Source: Myxococcales bacterium (GTDB taxonomy: Bacteria; Myxococcota_A; Polyangia; Polyangiales; DASUME01). From it: a stretch of DNA of 64,000 nucleotides. The DNA lies in NCBI GenBank assembly GCA_047601445.1, contig JASGJH010000001.1:4256001-4320000 (forward strand), in the 5' to 3' direction. Below the pieces are notes generated by a model. It made no database searches, was not told where the DNA came from, and worked only from the letters and a program-made list of their open reading frames with translations. The position numbers and the translations under genes are program-made. Of this stretch, positions 38,709 through 48,894 are shown in pieces; positions within the stretch are counted from its first letter, which is position 1; each line of letters begins with the position of its first letter.

Positions 38709-41700
38709 ATGCTGCGTTCACGCCCTATTCGCATTCTTTTGCCCGCGCTGGTGCTTGGTGCCTGCGCCCAAGATCCTTGGACCTATCCGAGCCGCGAGTC
38801 CATGTCCGTGGGCAGCGAGGTTTTTCGAGTGTTCTGCAAGCGAGTGGCCAGCGCAGATCACCCCGAAGATCTTGAAGGCACCCAGTTCAACGCGGCATGT
38901 CTCGGGCAGGAGGAATTGGCGGATCCGTCGCCACACCTGGGCGCGCTGCTCGAGCGCAGGCCCAAGGTGGTGTCCACGGTCGACCGCATCCTCGGAGAGA
39001 GTACCGTCACTCAGCCGAAGTTCGTCAACACGCTCGAAACCGACGAGTTGCGAAACTTTCTGAAGGACATTATTCCCCTTTACGACGCCCCCGAGGAACG
39101 GCTTCCCAAGTCGACGCGCGTGCTGTCGGCCGTGGCCGAGCGCCTGATCGACGGGAAAGACAAGACTGGCCAGAAAGCGCTCACGGCGCTCTCGGAGATC
39201 ACCGGGCGCAGTGGCTACCGAAAGCTCGAACTGGCGTTAGGCCTGGTGCGCCCGCTTCTCGAGTATCCGGAGCTCGACACCTTCGCCGAGAATGGTCTGC
39301 GTGCGATCGCGAGGGGAGGCGTGGCCGAGAAATCGCTCGACGAGATCTCGCTCGGCCTGGCCGCGGAACTCGCTAACTATTCCCCGGATCCACCGGCCCC
39401 GGACTCCACGCTACTGGTGGCGCGTGACCTGCTGCTTTCGCCCATCCTTCAGAATGACCAGCCCGAGCGCGAGCCCATCTTCATCACCCGGCGCGACAAG
39501 CGTGGCGTTGCGCTTCCATTCGGGGCCCCGGAAGAGCTGAGGCTCCCGTTCGCGGACGACGATGGCGATGGCTTGGCCGACGTGGACAAGTTCGGTCGCT
39601 TCGTCACCCATGGTGAGCCCAAGATCATTCCGTCGCCCTACCCGATCGCCAGTGAGTCCAAGGTACAGCGCGACGCCTCGGGACACGCCCTCAACGTTTG
39701 GACCACCAGCACGGAGCTGTCGGAAGGCGACCCGCTCTACTCCTATTTCGACGCGCAACCCACCCTAATCGGCGCCCTGGTACGGGAGACATCGCGGCTT
39801 ACCGTGCCTGCCAAGGAAGGCGACCGAACTTCCTTGGAGAAGCTTGGGCGCGGCCTCCAGGTTCTCTTTGGGCTAAACAGCCCCCGCAAGAGCAAGTACG
39901 GCAAACTCGAACTGGAGTTCACCGGCCCGAACCCCGAATCGGGGGCCGCCTATGATCTGATCCACGCCGTGGGCGCCGCAGCTCGGGCCAACCCCGATGC
40001 GGTTCGTCGCTTCCTTCAGCTCTTCGCGCGCGCCATGCAGGAGCGCGAGCACGAGATGACCTCGTTCGTGGACATGGCGCTGCGTATCAACGATCGCGGC
40101 AAGATGCACGAGGAAGCCGTTCTGGTGGGCGACCAGGGCCCCGGTATGCCCCATCGCTTCTGGGATGACCTGATCGCGATCATCGTTCGCGCATCGAATC
40201 GACCGGGACTGATGGAGGGCTTGATCCGCTGGATCACGCTGCCCGAGACCCAGGCCGCTGGGCAGATCTTCGCCGATTGGATGCAGTACGCGGACCCGGC
40301 CAAATACAAGGGCGCGGACTTCACGCCATCGGAGGCGAACGGCACGTTCAAAGCGCCGGAGCAAGTGGACATGCTGAACGCCCAGGTCGAGGTGAATTAC
40401 AAGACCGAACCCGACCGCAGTCAGCCGAGCGTTGGCAAGAATCGCAGCGTGTGGCAGCAGACCATGTCGATGGTGCACAACTTGCGCCAACCCATCTGCA
40501 ACAAGGATGGGACGGTGCTCCACCTCGTGCTCAGCTGTGAGAGACAGCCCGTCGCCTGCGGGATCGGCGCGATTAGGGACTATCCCTGGTCGGGCTCCTA
40601 CAAGAAATGCGAGCTCTTCGAGATCCAACACATGGTCAGGATTTGGTCGCAGGCGATCCTCGGCAAAGCCGAGATCGTGCACAAGCCAGAGGACTTCAGA
40701 ACTGGAATCTACACCGTCTTTGGCGTGGACACCTTCGAGGTGCAGGAGCTGGAGAGCCAAATTACAGGATTCAACCAGCATCCGACACCCGGGTCCTTTG
40801 CGCGCTTCATCTACGCCCCGCCCAACCAGTTCATTCAGAAGATGAAGCCAGACGTGACGATCGATGGCGCCAAAGTCGAGGAGGTCGACCCCTACGCCCT
40901 CTTCGCCATGGAGGTAAAACACAAGAACGCGAACGGGATGAGTTTCCTCGAAGCGGGCAAGCCACTGGTAGAGCTGTTCGAGACCCACGAGCTCACGGCG
41001 CCCGGCAAGGATTCTACCGGCGTCGATGTACCCGGCGGCTCCCTCAAGGATGGCTACCTGTTGGCGGACCTATTGAACGTGTTTCACATGCACTGGGGCT
41101 CTCGAACCGAAGAGCCTTGCAACGGCGTTCCAGCATGCACCCAGCACACCGATCCGAAGGGCAAGTTCTTCTCCTACCAGACAGACATCCGCAGCTATGA
41201 ACCGCTGCTAGTCGAGATCTTGCGCGACGAGAAGTTGATCGAGGTACTCGCGGCGGCCACCAAGGCGCTCGATTCCATCAGCATCGAGGGGAAGAACGGA
41301 GTTCAGATCCTCACCGAGTTCGCCGAGACGATGGTGAAGCCTCAGAAGGACCTGACCTACCGCGACGGGACCATGAGCGCCAAGAACAACGTGGGCGAAG
41401 ACGTCGGGTACGTATCTCCGCTCTACCTGTTCCTCGACGGCCTGAAGCGGATGGACCAGAACTTCGCGGCCCCGGAGATGGCAGATCGTGTCGATGCCTG
41501 GCGCGAAGCGCGCAGCGAGATCGTCGATCTCTTTCTGACGGTCGAGGACCTTGATGGCAAGAAGCGCCTCAAGGATCGCATCGGCTGGTCCATCTTCATC
41601 AAGGCGCTGGGCTTCCTGCAGGACCGCATCAAGGTGCACCAGGACGCCAAGGACATAGACGAGTGGGCCGTGAGCCTCGCGCCACGTGCGGCCACGTTCT

Positions 41701-42308
41701 TCGATACCCCGCTGATTGCCGGCCTACTTCACCTGTTCGATCAATCCTGGGACGAGCCCGCCGCCGGACGCGAGCTCATGCGATTCATCACGTACGTGGT
41801 GGACGAGCAAAAGAACGCTGTTGGCTTCGAGACTACGTTGGTGGCGCTCGCGGACCTTCTGCAGCTGCTGGAGGACTCACCGCGCATTGCGCCACTACTC
41901 GACCTCGCCGCCGAGGCTGCCACGCCAGGGGTGTCTCAGTCGATCGAAGGCACAGGAGGAAAGGACTTCGACCCTGACAAGGGATTGCTGCGGAGCCTCG
42001 TCGAACTCACGAACACCTTGCTGAAGGTGCATACTCGACGCCCGAGTACCCTGCAGAGGGTGGCTCACAATCTGGTGGCTACCGATCGCGCCGAAGATCA
42101 GACCCCGCTCGAAGCCCTGATCGACTTTATCAGTGAAGTGGAGCGCGTCGATCCCACCAAGCCCAGCTCGGCTCCCCTCGATCGCGACGATCTCGAGACG
42201 GTGGCCAACTCACTCCATTCCTTCATGGCCGACGACGGCCATGGACTCGAGCGGCTCTACGACGTGATCCAGAACCGTGTGATTTCTCCATCCAAGGCCC
42301 AGGAATAG
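38709..42308 (+). CDS. large (~1200 aa) hypothetical lipoprotein
   Basis: LVLGAC lipobox; long ORF with GC3-biased codons; DDDGDGLAD Ca-binding-like loop; mostly helical; no recognised catalytic motif. Confidence 0.8.
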   Translation: MLRSRPIRILLPALVLGACAQDPWTYPSRESMSVGSEVFRVFCKRVASADHPEDLEGTQFNAACLGQEELADPSPHLGALLERRPKVVSTVDRILGESTVTQPKFVNTLETDELRNFLKDIIPLYDAPEERLPKSTRVLSAVAERLIDGKDKTGQKALTALSEITGRSGYRKLELALGLVRPLLEYPELDTFAENGLRAIARGGVAEKSLDEISLGLAAELANYSPDPPAPDSTLLVARDLLLSPILQNDQPEREPIFITRRDKRGVALPFGAPEELRLPFADDDGDGLADVDKFGRFVTHGEPKIIPSPYPIASESKVQRDASGHALNVWTTSTELSEGDPLYSYFDAQPTLIGALVRETSRLTVPAKEGDRTSLEKLGRGLQVLFGLNSPRKSKYGKLELEFTGPNPESGAAYDLIHAVGAAARANPDAVRRFLQLFARAMQEREHEMTSFVDMALRINDRGKMHEEAVLVGDQGPGMPHRFWDDLIAIIVRASNRPGLMEGLIRWITLPETQAAGQIFADWMQYADPAKYKGADFTPSEANGTFKAPEQVDMLNAQVEVNYKTEPDRSQPSVGKNRSVWQQTMSMVHNLRQPICNKDGTVLHLVLSCERQPVACGIGAIRDYPWSGSYKKCELFEIQHMVRIWSQAILGKAEIVHKPEDFRTGIYTVFGVDTFEVQELESQITGFNQHPTPGSFARFIYAPPNQFIQKMKPDVTIDGAKVEEVDPYALFAMEVKHKNANGMSFLEAGKPLVELFETHELTAPGKDSTGVDVPGGSLKDGYLLADLLNVFHMHWGSRTEEPCNGVPACTQHTDPKGKFFSYQTDIRSYEPLLVEILRDEKLIEVLAAATKALDSISIEGKNGVQILTEFAETMVKPQKDLTYRDGTMSAKNNVGEDVGYVSPLYLFLDGLKRMDQNFAAPEMADRVDAWREARSEIVDLFLTVEDLDGKKRLKDRIGWSIFIKALGFLQDRIKVHQDAKDIDEWAVSLAPRAATFFDTPLIAGLLHLFDQSWDEPAAGRELMRFITYVVDEQKNAVGFETTLVALADLLQLLEDSPRIAPLLDLAAEAATPGVSQSIEGTGGKDFDPDKGLLRSLVELTNTLLKVHTRRPSTLQRVAHNLVATDRAEDQTPLEALIDFISEVERVDPTKPSSAPLDRDDLETVANSLHSFMADDGHGLERLYDVIQNRVISPSKAQE

Positions 42309-42313
42309 ACGTA

Positions 42314-43729
42314 ATGCGCAAGTTGGTCACAGCGGGCGGATTCTCCCGCGAGCATTCCATCATCGTCGTCTTTGCGCTCGCGCTCAGTGCGGCCCTGGGT
42401 ATCGTGCCTCAGCGCGTTCAGGCTAGCGGCTGGTACTTCACCGAGCGCGGTGTGCGCTCCCTGGGGCGCGGCGGCGCCTTCGTGGCCGGGGCCAAGGGTG
42501 CCGAGTCGCTGTGGATCAACCCTGCGGGTCTCAAGGGCTCCGGAAACAGCTTCACCATGGAAGGGAACCTGAACTTCCTGCGCGGCTCATTCCAGCGACT
42601 GGACGACGCGGGCACCGTGCGCGCCAAAGAAGATGTCGAGATCGCCTATCTTCCGATCCCGATGTTCGCCGTCACCAAGGATTTCGGACTCGAAGACTTC
42701 AGCTTCGGCTTCGGCGTCTACCTGCCACAATTCGCCGTCACCAGCTGGCCGAGCCAGGTGAACGGCGGACCCGCTCCGAACCGCTACTCGCTGTACTCGA
42801 TCAAGGGCAGCATCTTCGGCAACTTCACAGCTGGTGTCGCCTACCACGGCATCCCGGGTCTCTCGCTCGGGCTAACGGCTGCACTCATCACAGGTCGCTT
42901 CAAGGCGTCGACCGCACTCAGCGCTTGCGACGGCTTTCTCTGCGTCAACCCCGAAGATCCCACGTTCGACGTAACCGCGAGCATCACGATGCGCCGCTTC
43001 GCGAGCGTGATGATCGGCGCCGGCCTGATATACGATATGGGCCCCGTCAGCATAGGAGCTTCGCTCCAACCCCCCTGGAACATGAAGGGCCGGACGGACC
43101 TCGACGTGACCCTGCCGAGCGATCCCGCCTTTTCGCAGGCCAAGATCGAAGGAACCGGGGGGAAGATGGACGTGCCCTTCCCGTGGATCGGACGCGTGGG
43201 CGTCGAAGTGCATCCCAGCGAATCATTTCGTTTCGAGCTCGCCGCCGTGTATGAAGGTTGGTCACGCCAGGACGAAATCACAGTCAAGGCCAACGACATG
43301 TGGATCCGTGACGTGATCGGGATCGGAGACTACCAAGTAGGCTCGATCAAGATCCAGCGCATGATGAGCGACGCCTACAGCTTCCGTGGCGGCTTCGAGT
43401 ACTTCATGGAAGACATGGGACTGACCCTCCGCATGGGAGCGTCCTACGACACCACGGCCATCAAGGACAAGGCCATGTCTCCAATGACGCTGGATGCCAA
43501 CAAGGTCGTCGCGGGCATGGGCGTCACGCTCCATGCGGGATCCGTGCTCGACATCGACGTGCTCTACGGACACGTGTTCATGCCGGATCGACAGATCCGG
43601 AACAGCGAGATCATCCAGCCCACTGCCATTCGGCCGCCACAGTCGGCCGCCGCTCAGTCACACATCGGCAACGGAACCTACACCATGGAGTCCGACTTCG
43701 CCGGGCTTGGTGCAACGTTCCACTTCTGA
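42314..43729 (+). CDS. OmpP1/FadL/TodX-family outer-membrane transport protein
   Basis: Signal peptide then ASGW...GRGGA...WINPAGL hatch motif; beta strands; C-terminal Phe. Confidence 0.88.
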   Translation: MRKLVTAGGFSREHSIIVVFALALSAALGIVPQRVQASGWYFTERGVRSLGRGGAFVAGAKGAESLWINPAGLKGSGNSFTMEGNLNFLRGSFQRLDDAGTVRAKEDVEIAYLPIPMFAVTKDFGLEDFSFGFGVYLPQFAVTSWPSQVNGGPAPNRYSLYSIKGSIFGNFTAGVAYHGIPGLSLGLTAALITGRFKASTALSACDGFLCVNPEDPTFDVTASITMRRFASVMIGAGLIYDMGPVSIGASLQPPWNMKGRTDLDVTLPSDPAFSQAKIEGTGGKMDVPFPWIGRVGVEVHPSESFRFELAAVYEGWSRQDEITVKANDMWIRDVIGIGDYQVGSIKIQRMMSDAYSFRGGFEYFMEDMGLTLRMGASYDTTAIKDKAMSPMTLDANKVVAGMGVTLHAGSVLDIDVLYGHVFMPDRQIRNSEIIQPTAIRPPQSAAAQSHIGNGTYTMESDFAGLGATFHF

Positions 43730-43812
43730 ATCGGCAATGTGCTCGAAGTCAAACTCCGAGGCCCACCGCGAACCGAGCGACTGGCGCCGGGCAACCGCGC
43801 TGCGAAAAGCGC

Positions 43813-44592
43813 CTACGACTCGAATCCTCGCGAGGAGAAGCGCCGTCTGGCCCAACGATAGGTAGCGGCCGCCACTCGGAGCAGCGGCACCCGGTCGTAC
43901 CAGTTGGGCGTGATGTCGCTGCGCGAGCTGGATTGGGTGCCCAGAGTTGGGTTCGTGGCCAGGGTCAGGGCTTGAGGATGTTGCAAGCGGTAGGTGTAGA
44001 GAGCACCGTCCAAGTGCATGCGACCGCCGCGCGGGTCGCCGGGCGGACGGGACAGCACCTCTTCCAAGAAATGCGCGACCTTCTCGATGTACTCGCCGCG
44101 CACGGCGTAGAAGTGGGCTGAGCCAAGGCCATCGGCATAGGGGCCGATCGGTGAGGGCGGTAGTGGGTCACCGACTTCCCCATAGCCGAGGTACGCGAGA
44201 GCCCAGTCGTCCTGACACAGACGCTCGACAATCTGTGCTTCTCGTTCCACGAACAGCGGCGAGATCGCCAGGTCGTCTTCGATGATCAGCACGCTACGCA
44301 GACCTTCGCGCTGGGCCTGCCGAAGGATCGCGAGATGACTCAAGAAGCAACCGTGCGCGCCCAGGCTCGGAAAGCCGGCGAGCTCGCTGGCCGTGCGAGC
44401 GCGAAAAAACTCGACCTTCGAAGGGTCGACCAGGCCTGCACGCACGAGCTCGGCCTCTACACTGCGTCGTCGATCGGTACGCTCCGGCAGATTGATCACG
44501 AATGCCCGATCGAAGTACTCCAACAGACGCTGTGGACGCGCCGCACGCCTTGCATCGTTGTCCAGGGCGTCCTGCCCGATCAAACCGCTCAT
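43813..44592 (-). CDS. glycosyltransferase family 25
   Basis: FVINLPERTDRR, GAHGCFLSH, LIIEDDL. Confidence 0.85.
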   Translation of the reverse strand: MSGLIGQDALDNDARRAARPQRLLEYFDRAFVINLPERTDRRRSVEAELVRAGLVDPSKVEFFRARTASELAGFPSLGAHGCFLSHLAILRQAQREGLRSVLIIEDDLAISPLFVEREAQIVERLCQDDWALAYLGYGEVGDPLPPSPIGPYADGLGSAHFYAVRGEYIEKVAHFLEEVLSRPPGDPRGGRMHLDGALYTYRLQHPQALTLATNPTLGTQSSSRSDITPNWYDRVPLLRVAAATYRWARRRFSSRGFES

Positions 44593-45132
44593 GCGTCAAC
44601 CTCCGAAACGAAGCTCGTGAATCGTGTTCGTGCGCACCTTCGACGTCAAATCGTCGCGTCGCGTCTCCAATTCGGCACGCTCGCATTGGAGCACGTCGCA
44701 CGAACGTCTATTCGAGCTTGACCATGCTGCTCCTGGAACGGATGGCCAATTCGTCCGCGCGACGAAGAGCCAAGTCTTCCGGCCTCGTTGCGCCGGGACC
44801 CCGGGTGATGCCGGCGTCTGCACGCACCCTGCTCGTCCGTCGCGACGAGCAGGCGGCGCTCGCGGCACACAATGACCTGGTCTCGCTCGTGCGCGCGAGA
44901 GTGCCTCCCGATGGTCCCGCGACGAGCCGATCTCCGCTTGTTCGAATCAGCCAATGCAGAGCCGTCTTCGAGATTCATGCGGCTCACTGAGGCCACGCCA
45001 ACTCACCTGTGTCAGTGCTGCGAACCGATGCTCTCGAAGACGCACGAGCGCACATGGCGAACGCTCACGCAGCTCGACCCAAGCCGTCGAGATTGCGTGC
45101 CTGGCGCTCCGTGGCGAAGCCTCGCCGGAAGC

Positions 45133-45148
45133 AGGCCCGAGGTTTGCA
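45133..45148 (+). promoter_or_regulatory. putative sigma-54 (-24/-12) promoter
   Basis: AGGCCCGAGGTTTGCA has GG and GC at canonical spacing (consensus TGGCACG-N4-TTGCW), ~50 bp upstream of the TIGR03118 gene. Confidence 0.5.
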
Positions 45149-45200
45149 AACGGGATGGCGCTCAGTGAGCGCCCACCATGGGCATCGCGGGAGTAACATC

Positions 45201-46370
45201 ATGTCTGTTCGAAGTCTGTTCCTGAGTGGAAGGCTGAGTATGGCCGTCGCGTTGATTGCGGTCGGTGCCTGTAGCGACAGCAGCTCGGGCACAACGAGCG
45301 CGATCTCGAACGCCTATGGAGATGGCGACGGCGATGGAACGAGCGGGGGCTCCAACTCCGCCACCTACACCCCCACCGCGTTGGTCGGCGATACCAGCGG
45401 ATCAGCCCCGGTCGTCGATCCGAATCTGATCAATCCCTGGGGAATTGCCTATGGTCCTGACACCGCGTTCTGGGTCGCCGACAACGGTACCGGGAAGTCG
45501 ACCGTGTACGATGGCAAGGGCGCTCCACAGCCGGCCAACGCACCGCTGATCGTGGGCATGCCGCTGCCCGCAGGCTCAGCCGATAAGGCCGCAAAGCCCA
45601 CGGGCATCGCGTACTACGGTGGCAAGGCGTTCAAGGTGAGTGCAAGCGGTGAGAGCGCGAGCGCAAGGTTCCTGTTCGCGACCGAACAGGGCACCATCCT
45701 GGGCTGGACGTCGGACCTGACGCCCGACGAGGCGATTCTGGCGGTCGACGCGTCCGGCGACGATGCGATCTTCAAGGGGCTCACGCTGGTGCCACACGAC
45801 AAATCGGAGTGGCTCGCGGTCACGGACTTTCACAATGGCGTGATCAGGGTCTACGACGACAAGTTCAAGCCGGTCACCCTGGCGAAGGGCGCCTTCGTGG
45901 ATTCCGATCTTCCCCAGGGCTACGCGCCCTTCGGTATCCAGCTCGTCGGCAAGTACGTCTACGTGACCTACGCTCAACAGGACGCTGACAAGGAGGACGA
46001 TGTGCCTGGCGAGGGCCTGGGTTATGTGAGTCAGTTCAAGACCGACGGCACGTTCGTCAAGCAAGTCATCTCGAAGACGGTCCTCAACGCTCCGTGGGCG
46101 GTGGCCGTCGCGCCCAAGCGATTCGGCAAGTTCGGCGGCGCGTTGCTGATCGGCAATTTCGGCGACGGCACAATCAACGCATTCGACAGCAAGAGCCACA
46201 AGCTCTTGGGAACTCTCAGCGGCGGCAATGGAAAGCCCCTCGTCATCGATGGCTTGTGGGGATTGGTCGCGGGCAATGGCAAGGGGGCTGGCTCCAGTAA
46301 CACGCTCTACTTCACGGCGGGGCCAAGCGACGAAAGCCACGGCGTGTTCGGAAAAATCGAGGCGAAATGA
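45201..46370 (+). CDS. TIGR03118-family (beta-propeller-like) lipoprotein
   Basis: VGAC lipobox; DPNLINPWGI, WVADNGTG, PTGI, GYAPFGI, LNAPW, GNFGDGTINAF, DGLWGL, LYFTAGP. Confidence 0.88.
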   Translation: MSVRSLFLSGRLSMAVALIAVGACSDSSSGTTSAISNAYGDGDGDGTSGGSNSATYTPTALVGDTSGSAPVVDPNLINPWGIAYGPDTAFWVADNGTGKSTVYDGKGAPQPANAPLIVGMPLPAGSADKAAKPTGIAYYGGKAFKVSASGESASARFLFATEQGTILGWTSDLTPDEAILAVDASGDDAIFKGLTLVPHDKSEWLAVTDFHNGVIRVYDDKFKPVTLAKGAFVDSDLPQGYAPFGIQLVGKYVYVTYAQQDADKEDDVPGEGLGYVSQFKTDGTFVKQVISKTVLNAPWAVAVAPKRFGKFGGALLIGNFGDGTINAFDSKSHKLLGTLSGGNGKPLVIDGLWGLVAGNGKGAGSSNTLYFTAGPSDESHGVFGKIEAK

Positions 46371-46471
46371 CGTGTGTGCGCGTGCTCGAAGCACGCTGAA
46401 AGGAGGAGTCTCAACTGGAGGACCAACGTGATCGGCCCACGCACAGTGCGCCGGTCACGGGCCTTCAGGGG

Positions 46472-47323
46472 CTATTGGCCGCAGAACGGCGCGAAGGGCA
46501 CGCTGCCGAGCGCCACACGGGGCAAGTTGAAGGGCATGCAGGCCCCCTGTGCTGGATCGCAACGATAGGGCGTCTCACGTCCGCAGTCGTCATCGGTCTG
46601 GCATGCGAGGGAATAGTAGGGCCCGCCCGGACCACCGTAGATCAGGGCCCCCTCGGCTGGCACACAGCCTTGCTTTGCATCGACCATGCAAAAGCCGCCG
46701 GGCCACGGCACGATGAAGCGATCGACGCACTGCCCCGCACCACATTCGCTCGGTTCGTGACAGGGAGCCCCCAACGGCACATCACACTGTGGACTGGTGG
46801 GCGGTACATCCGGCCGGCACGGCAGTGGCGCGAAGACCATGTGCAGACCAGGCTCGACATCGATGCGTGCGGGTCCGACGCGCGCGGGCAAGCGGCGGCT
46901 GGCATATACCAAGGCATAGGGCCCGAGGCCGCCAGCCCACGGTTCGTTGGGGTCTCGCCGAGCGTTCTGATTCAGGTCTTCGTAGACCATGATGCGCCCC
47001 AAGGCGAAGTCGCGCTCGTCGGGCCGAGTAGGATCCCAGGCGAGCATCGGCGAAGGCTCCTCGAACAGATTCAGCGTGTAGTTGGCGCCGTCGCGCGCCG
47101 GCTGCGAGGTCGACACCTGCTCCACCAGATCTTCGGCCCCATCCTGGAGTCCGTGGGCCCAGAACGCGGCCGCGCGCGGATGCCGCAGCGGAACCCCGGT
47201 CTCGTTCGCGACGGTGGTGCGCACCGTGTCGAGGGGAACGCCGCGGTAGCTCTGGTCCACCAGCGTGTCGCACCCGGGAAGTCCGAGCGCGAACAAGGCG
47301 AGCCCTACTCTCACAGACGCCAT
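46472..47323 (-). CDS. Cys-rich hypothetical lipoprotein
   Basis: LPGC lipobox, YEDLNQNARRD Ca-binding-like loop, C-terminal Cys-rich region (WPGGFC, CQTDDDC); overlaps the caspase stop. Confidence 0.75.
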   Translation of the reverse strand: MASVRVGLALFALGLPGCDTLVDQSYRGVPLDTVRTTVANETGVPLRHPRAAAFWAHGLQDGAEDLVEQVSTSQPARDGANYTLNLFEEPSPMLAWDPTRPDERDFALGRIMVYEDLNQNARRDPNEPWAGGLGPYALVYASRRLPARVGPARIDVEPGLHMVFAPLPCRPDVPPTSPQCDVPLGAPCHEPSECGAGQCVDRFIVPWPGGFCMVDAKQGCVPAEGALIYGGPGGPYYSLACQTDDDCGRETPYRCDPAQGACMPFNLPRVALGSVPFAPFCGQ

Positions 47324-48894
47324 ACGAGTCCCCCCGCTGCCCACCAGGTCAGGATCGAAGCGAGCTCGCTCGCATGGGCCGCGCCGTCCTGCACCTGTGA
47401 GCGCTGAAAGAGCGCCGTCATCGGCCCCGCCTCGAGGTGGAGCGCGGCCCCCGCGAAGAGCGGGCACTCGAGCATCGCGAAGGCACCCAAGTTCACGCCG
47501 TAGGCCAACCGTACGGGCTGCGGTGCGCCCACGGTCTGACGATGCACGCCGCCCTCGAACAACACGCCCAGGCCCACGCTGGCCCAGCGCAGGTCCTTGA
47601 CCCGAGCAAAGGTCAGCCCCGCCATCAGCTCGTCGTGATGGCCTTCGCGCTGGTGATCGTCGTAGTGGAGAGTCGTCCGCCCCAGGCGTGCCCGAAGAGA
47701 CATGCTCAACCAGGAAAAATCGAGCCCATACCCAAGCACAAGCTGAGGCGCGAGACCGGCATCGATCAACTCACCGTGCACCCCTCCGAGCGCCAAGAGC
47801 CCCTGGGTCGGCGGACGGGAGACATGCTCGCTGCCCCCCTTGCGCACCAGTCGGTCGTAGCGAATGGCCTCGTAGGCAGACTGACCGAGGTCCAGCTCGC
47901 TTCCGCTCGCCACCTCCACCCGATACTCCCTGTATTCGTCGGGAAAGCGCTGCTGGATCGTATAAGCCCCCGCCGGCAGCGCGATCCGCGTGCCTGCCTT
48001 GTCGGGAGACAGCTCGGCCAGCACGTGGCCGCCACGTGCCGCGGTGATCAAGTAGGTTGCGCTCTCGGCGAGGCGCACCGTGCCAGCGTGAGCGGCCTGG
48101 AGGTCCAGGCGCGAGAGCACGATCGGCGCACGTCCCTTGACGTCGTATTCGTAGGTCGGGTGCTGCAACGCCACGGTGCGACCCGTGGAGGCCAGCGTCT
48201 GTGCGTAGGCGTAGGCGTAGGTCTCGTTCAGCGTGACTTGGCGATCCCCATCGCGGTCCGCCGCACCACGCAGCGCGTTCACCAGGTGATGGGAGAAGAA
48301 CGAGCCCTGCAGGGCATCGGACTCCTGGCTCGACTCACCGGCGGCGCTCGAGGTGATGATGACGCTACCCTCGGCCGAGCCCTGCCCCTCCACGGAGATC
48401 TGAAAAGACGGCGCCGGTTTCACGCCTTTCACCCGCGTCACTTCCCCAGAGCGACAAGAGTCGACCACCAGGATGCGCACGCTCGCCGGAGAACCAGCGA
48501 CCAGGTTGCGCAACTCTTCGAACGGGAGACGCGTGGAGTCCATGTGCAGCGCGTCGGCGTCGGCGTGACCCGAGTAGAACACGATCAACGTGCTGGGGCG
48601 CTCCTTCGAGCTGTGGTTGCGGATCTCGGTGTTGGTCTCGAGCAGCGTGCGCCGCACCGTATCGACCTGCTCCCCCAACAACATGGTGCTGCGCCGCCCC
48701 GAGACGCCTCCGAACATGCGGAGCACCTCGGCGATCTCCTTGGCGTCCCGCTCCGCATAGAGCAGCGTGGTCTCGCTGCGGTCCCCCTGGTTGTTGCCGA
48801 TCGAGACCAGCCAGGTGTTCGCGTCTTCGGCGCGCGCCGCCACCGCGAAACTCAAGTAGTAGGCCGCAGCCCACGCACATAGGAAACGGATCAT
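47311..48894 (-). CDS. exported caspase-family (peptidase C14) protein with C-terminal beta-barrel-like domain
   Basis: Signal peptide; LLYAERDA; catalytic FYSGH and VVDSCRSG; SQES...FFSHHL..ALRGAAD; amphipathic strands ending GLVWRL. Confidence 0.87.
   Translation of the reverse strand: MIRFLCAWAAAYYLSFAVAARAEDANTWLVSIGNNQGDRSETTLLYAERDAKEIAEVLRMFGGVSGRRSTMLLGEQVDTVRRTLLETNTEIRNHSSKERPSTLIVFYSGHADADALHMDSTRLPFEELRNLVAGSPASVRILVVDSCRSGEVTRVKGVKPAPSFQISVEGQGSAEGSVIITSSAAGESSQESDALQGSFFSHHLVNALRGAADRDGDRQVTLNETYAYAYAQTLASTGRTVALQHPTYEYDVKGRAPIVLSRLDLQAAHAGTVRLAESATYLITAARGGHVLAELSPDKAGTRIALPAGAYTIQQRFPDEYREYRVEVASGSELDLGQSAYEAIRYDRLVRKGGSEHVSRPPTQGLLALGGVHGELIDAGLAPQLVLGYGLDFSWLSMSLRARLGRTTLHYDDHQREGHHDELMAGLTFARVKDLRWASVGLGVLFEGGVHRQTVGAPQPVRLAYGVNLGAFAMLECPLFAGAALHLEAGPMTALFQRSQVQDGAAHASELASILTWWAAGGLVWRL

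Noticed and set aside
44596..45000. Short ORFs between GT25 and TIGR03118 genes
   Set aside because: No RBS, motif or convincing codon bias; left unannotated.
47437..48882. 481-aa plus-strand ORF
   Set aside because: Antisense to the caspase gene.
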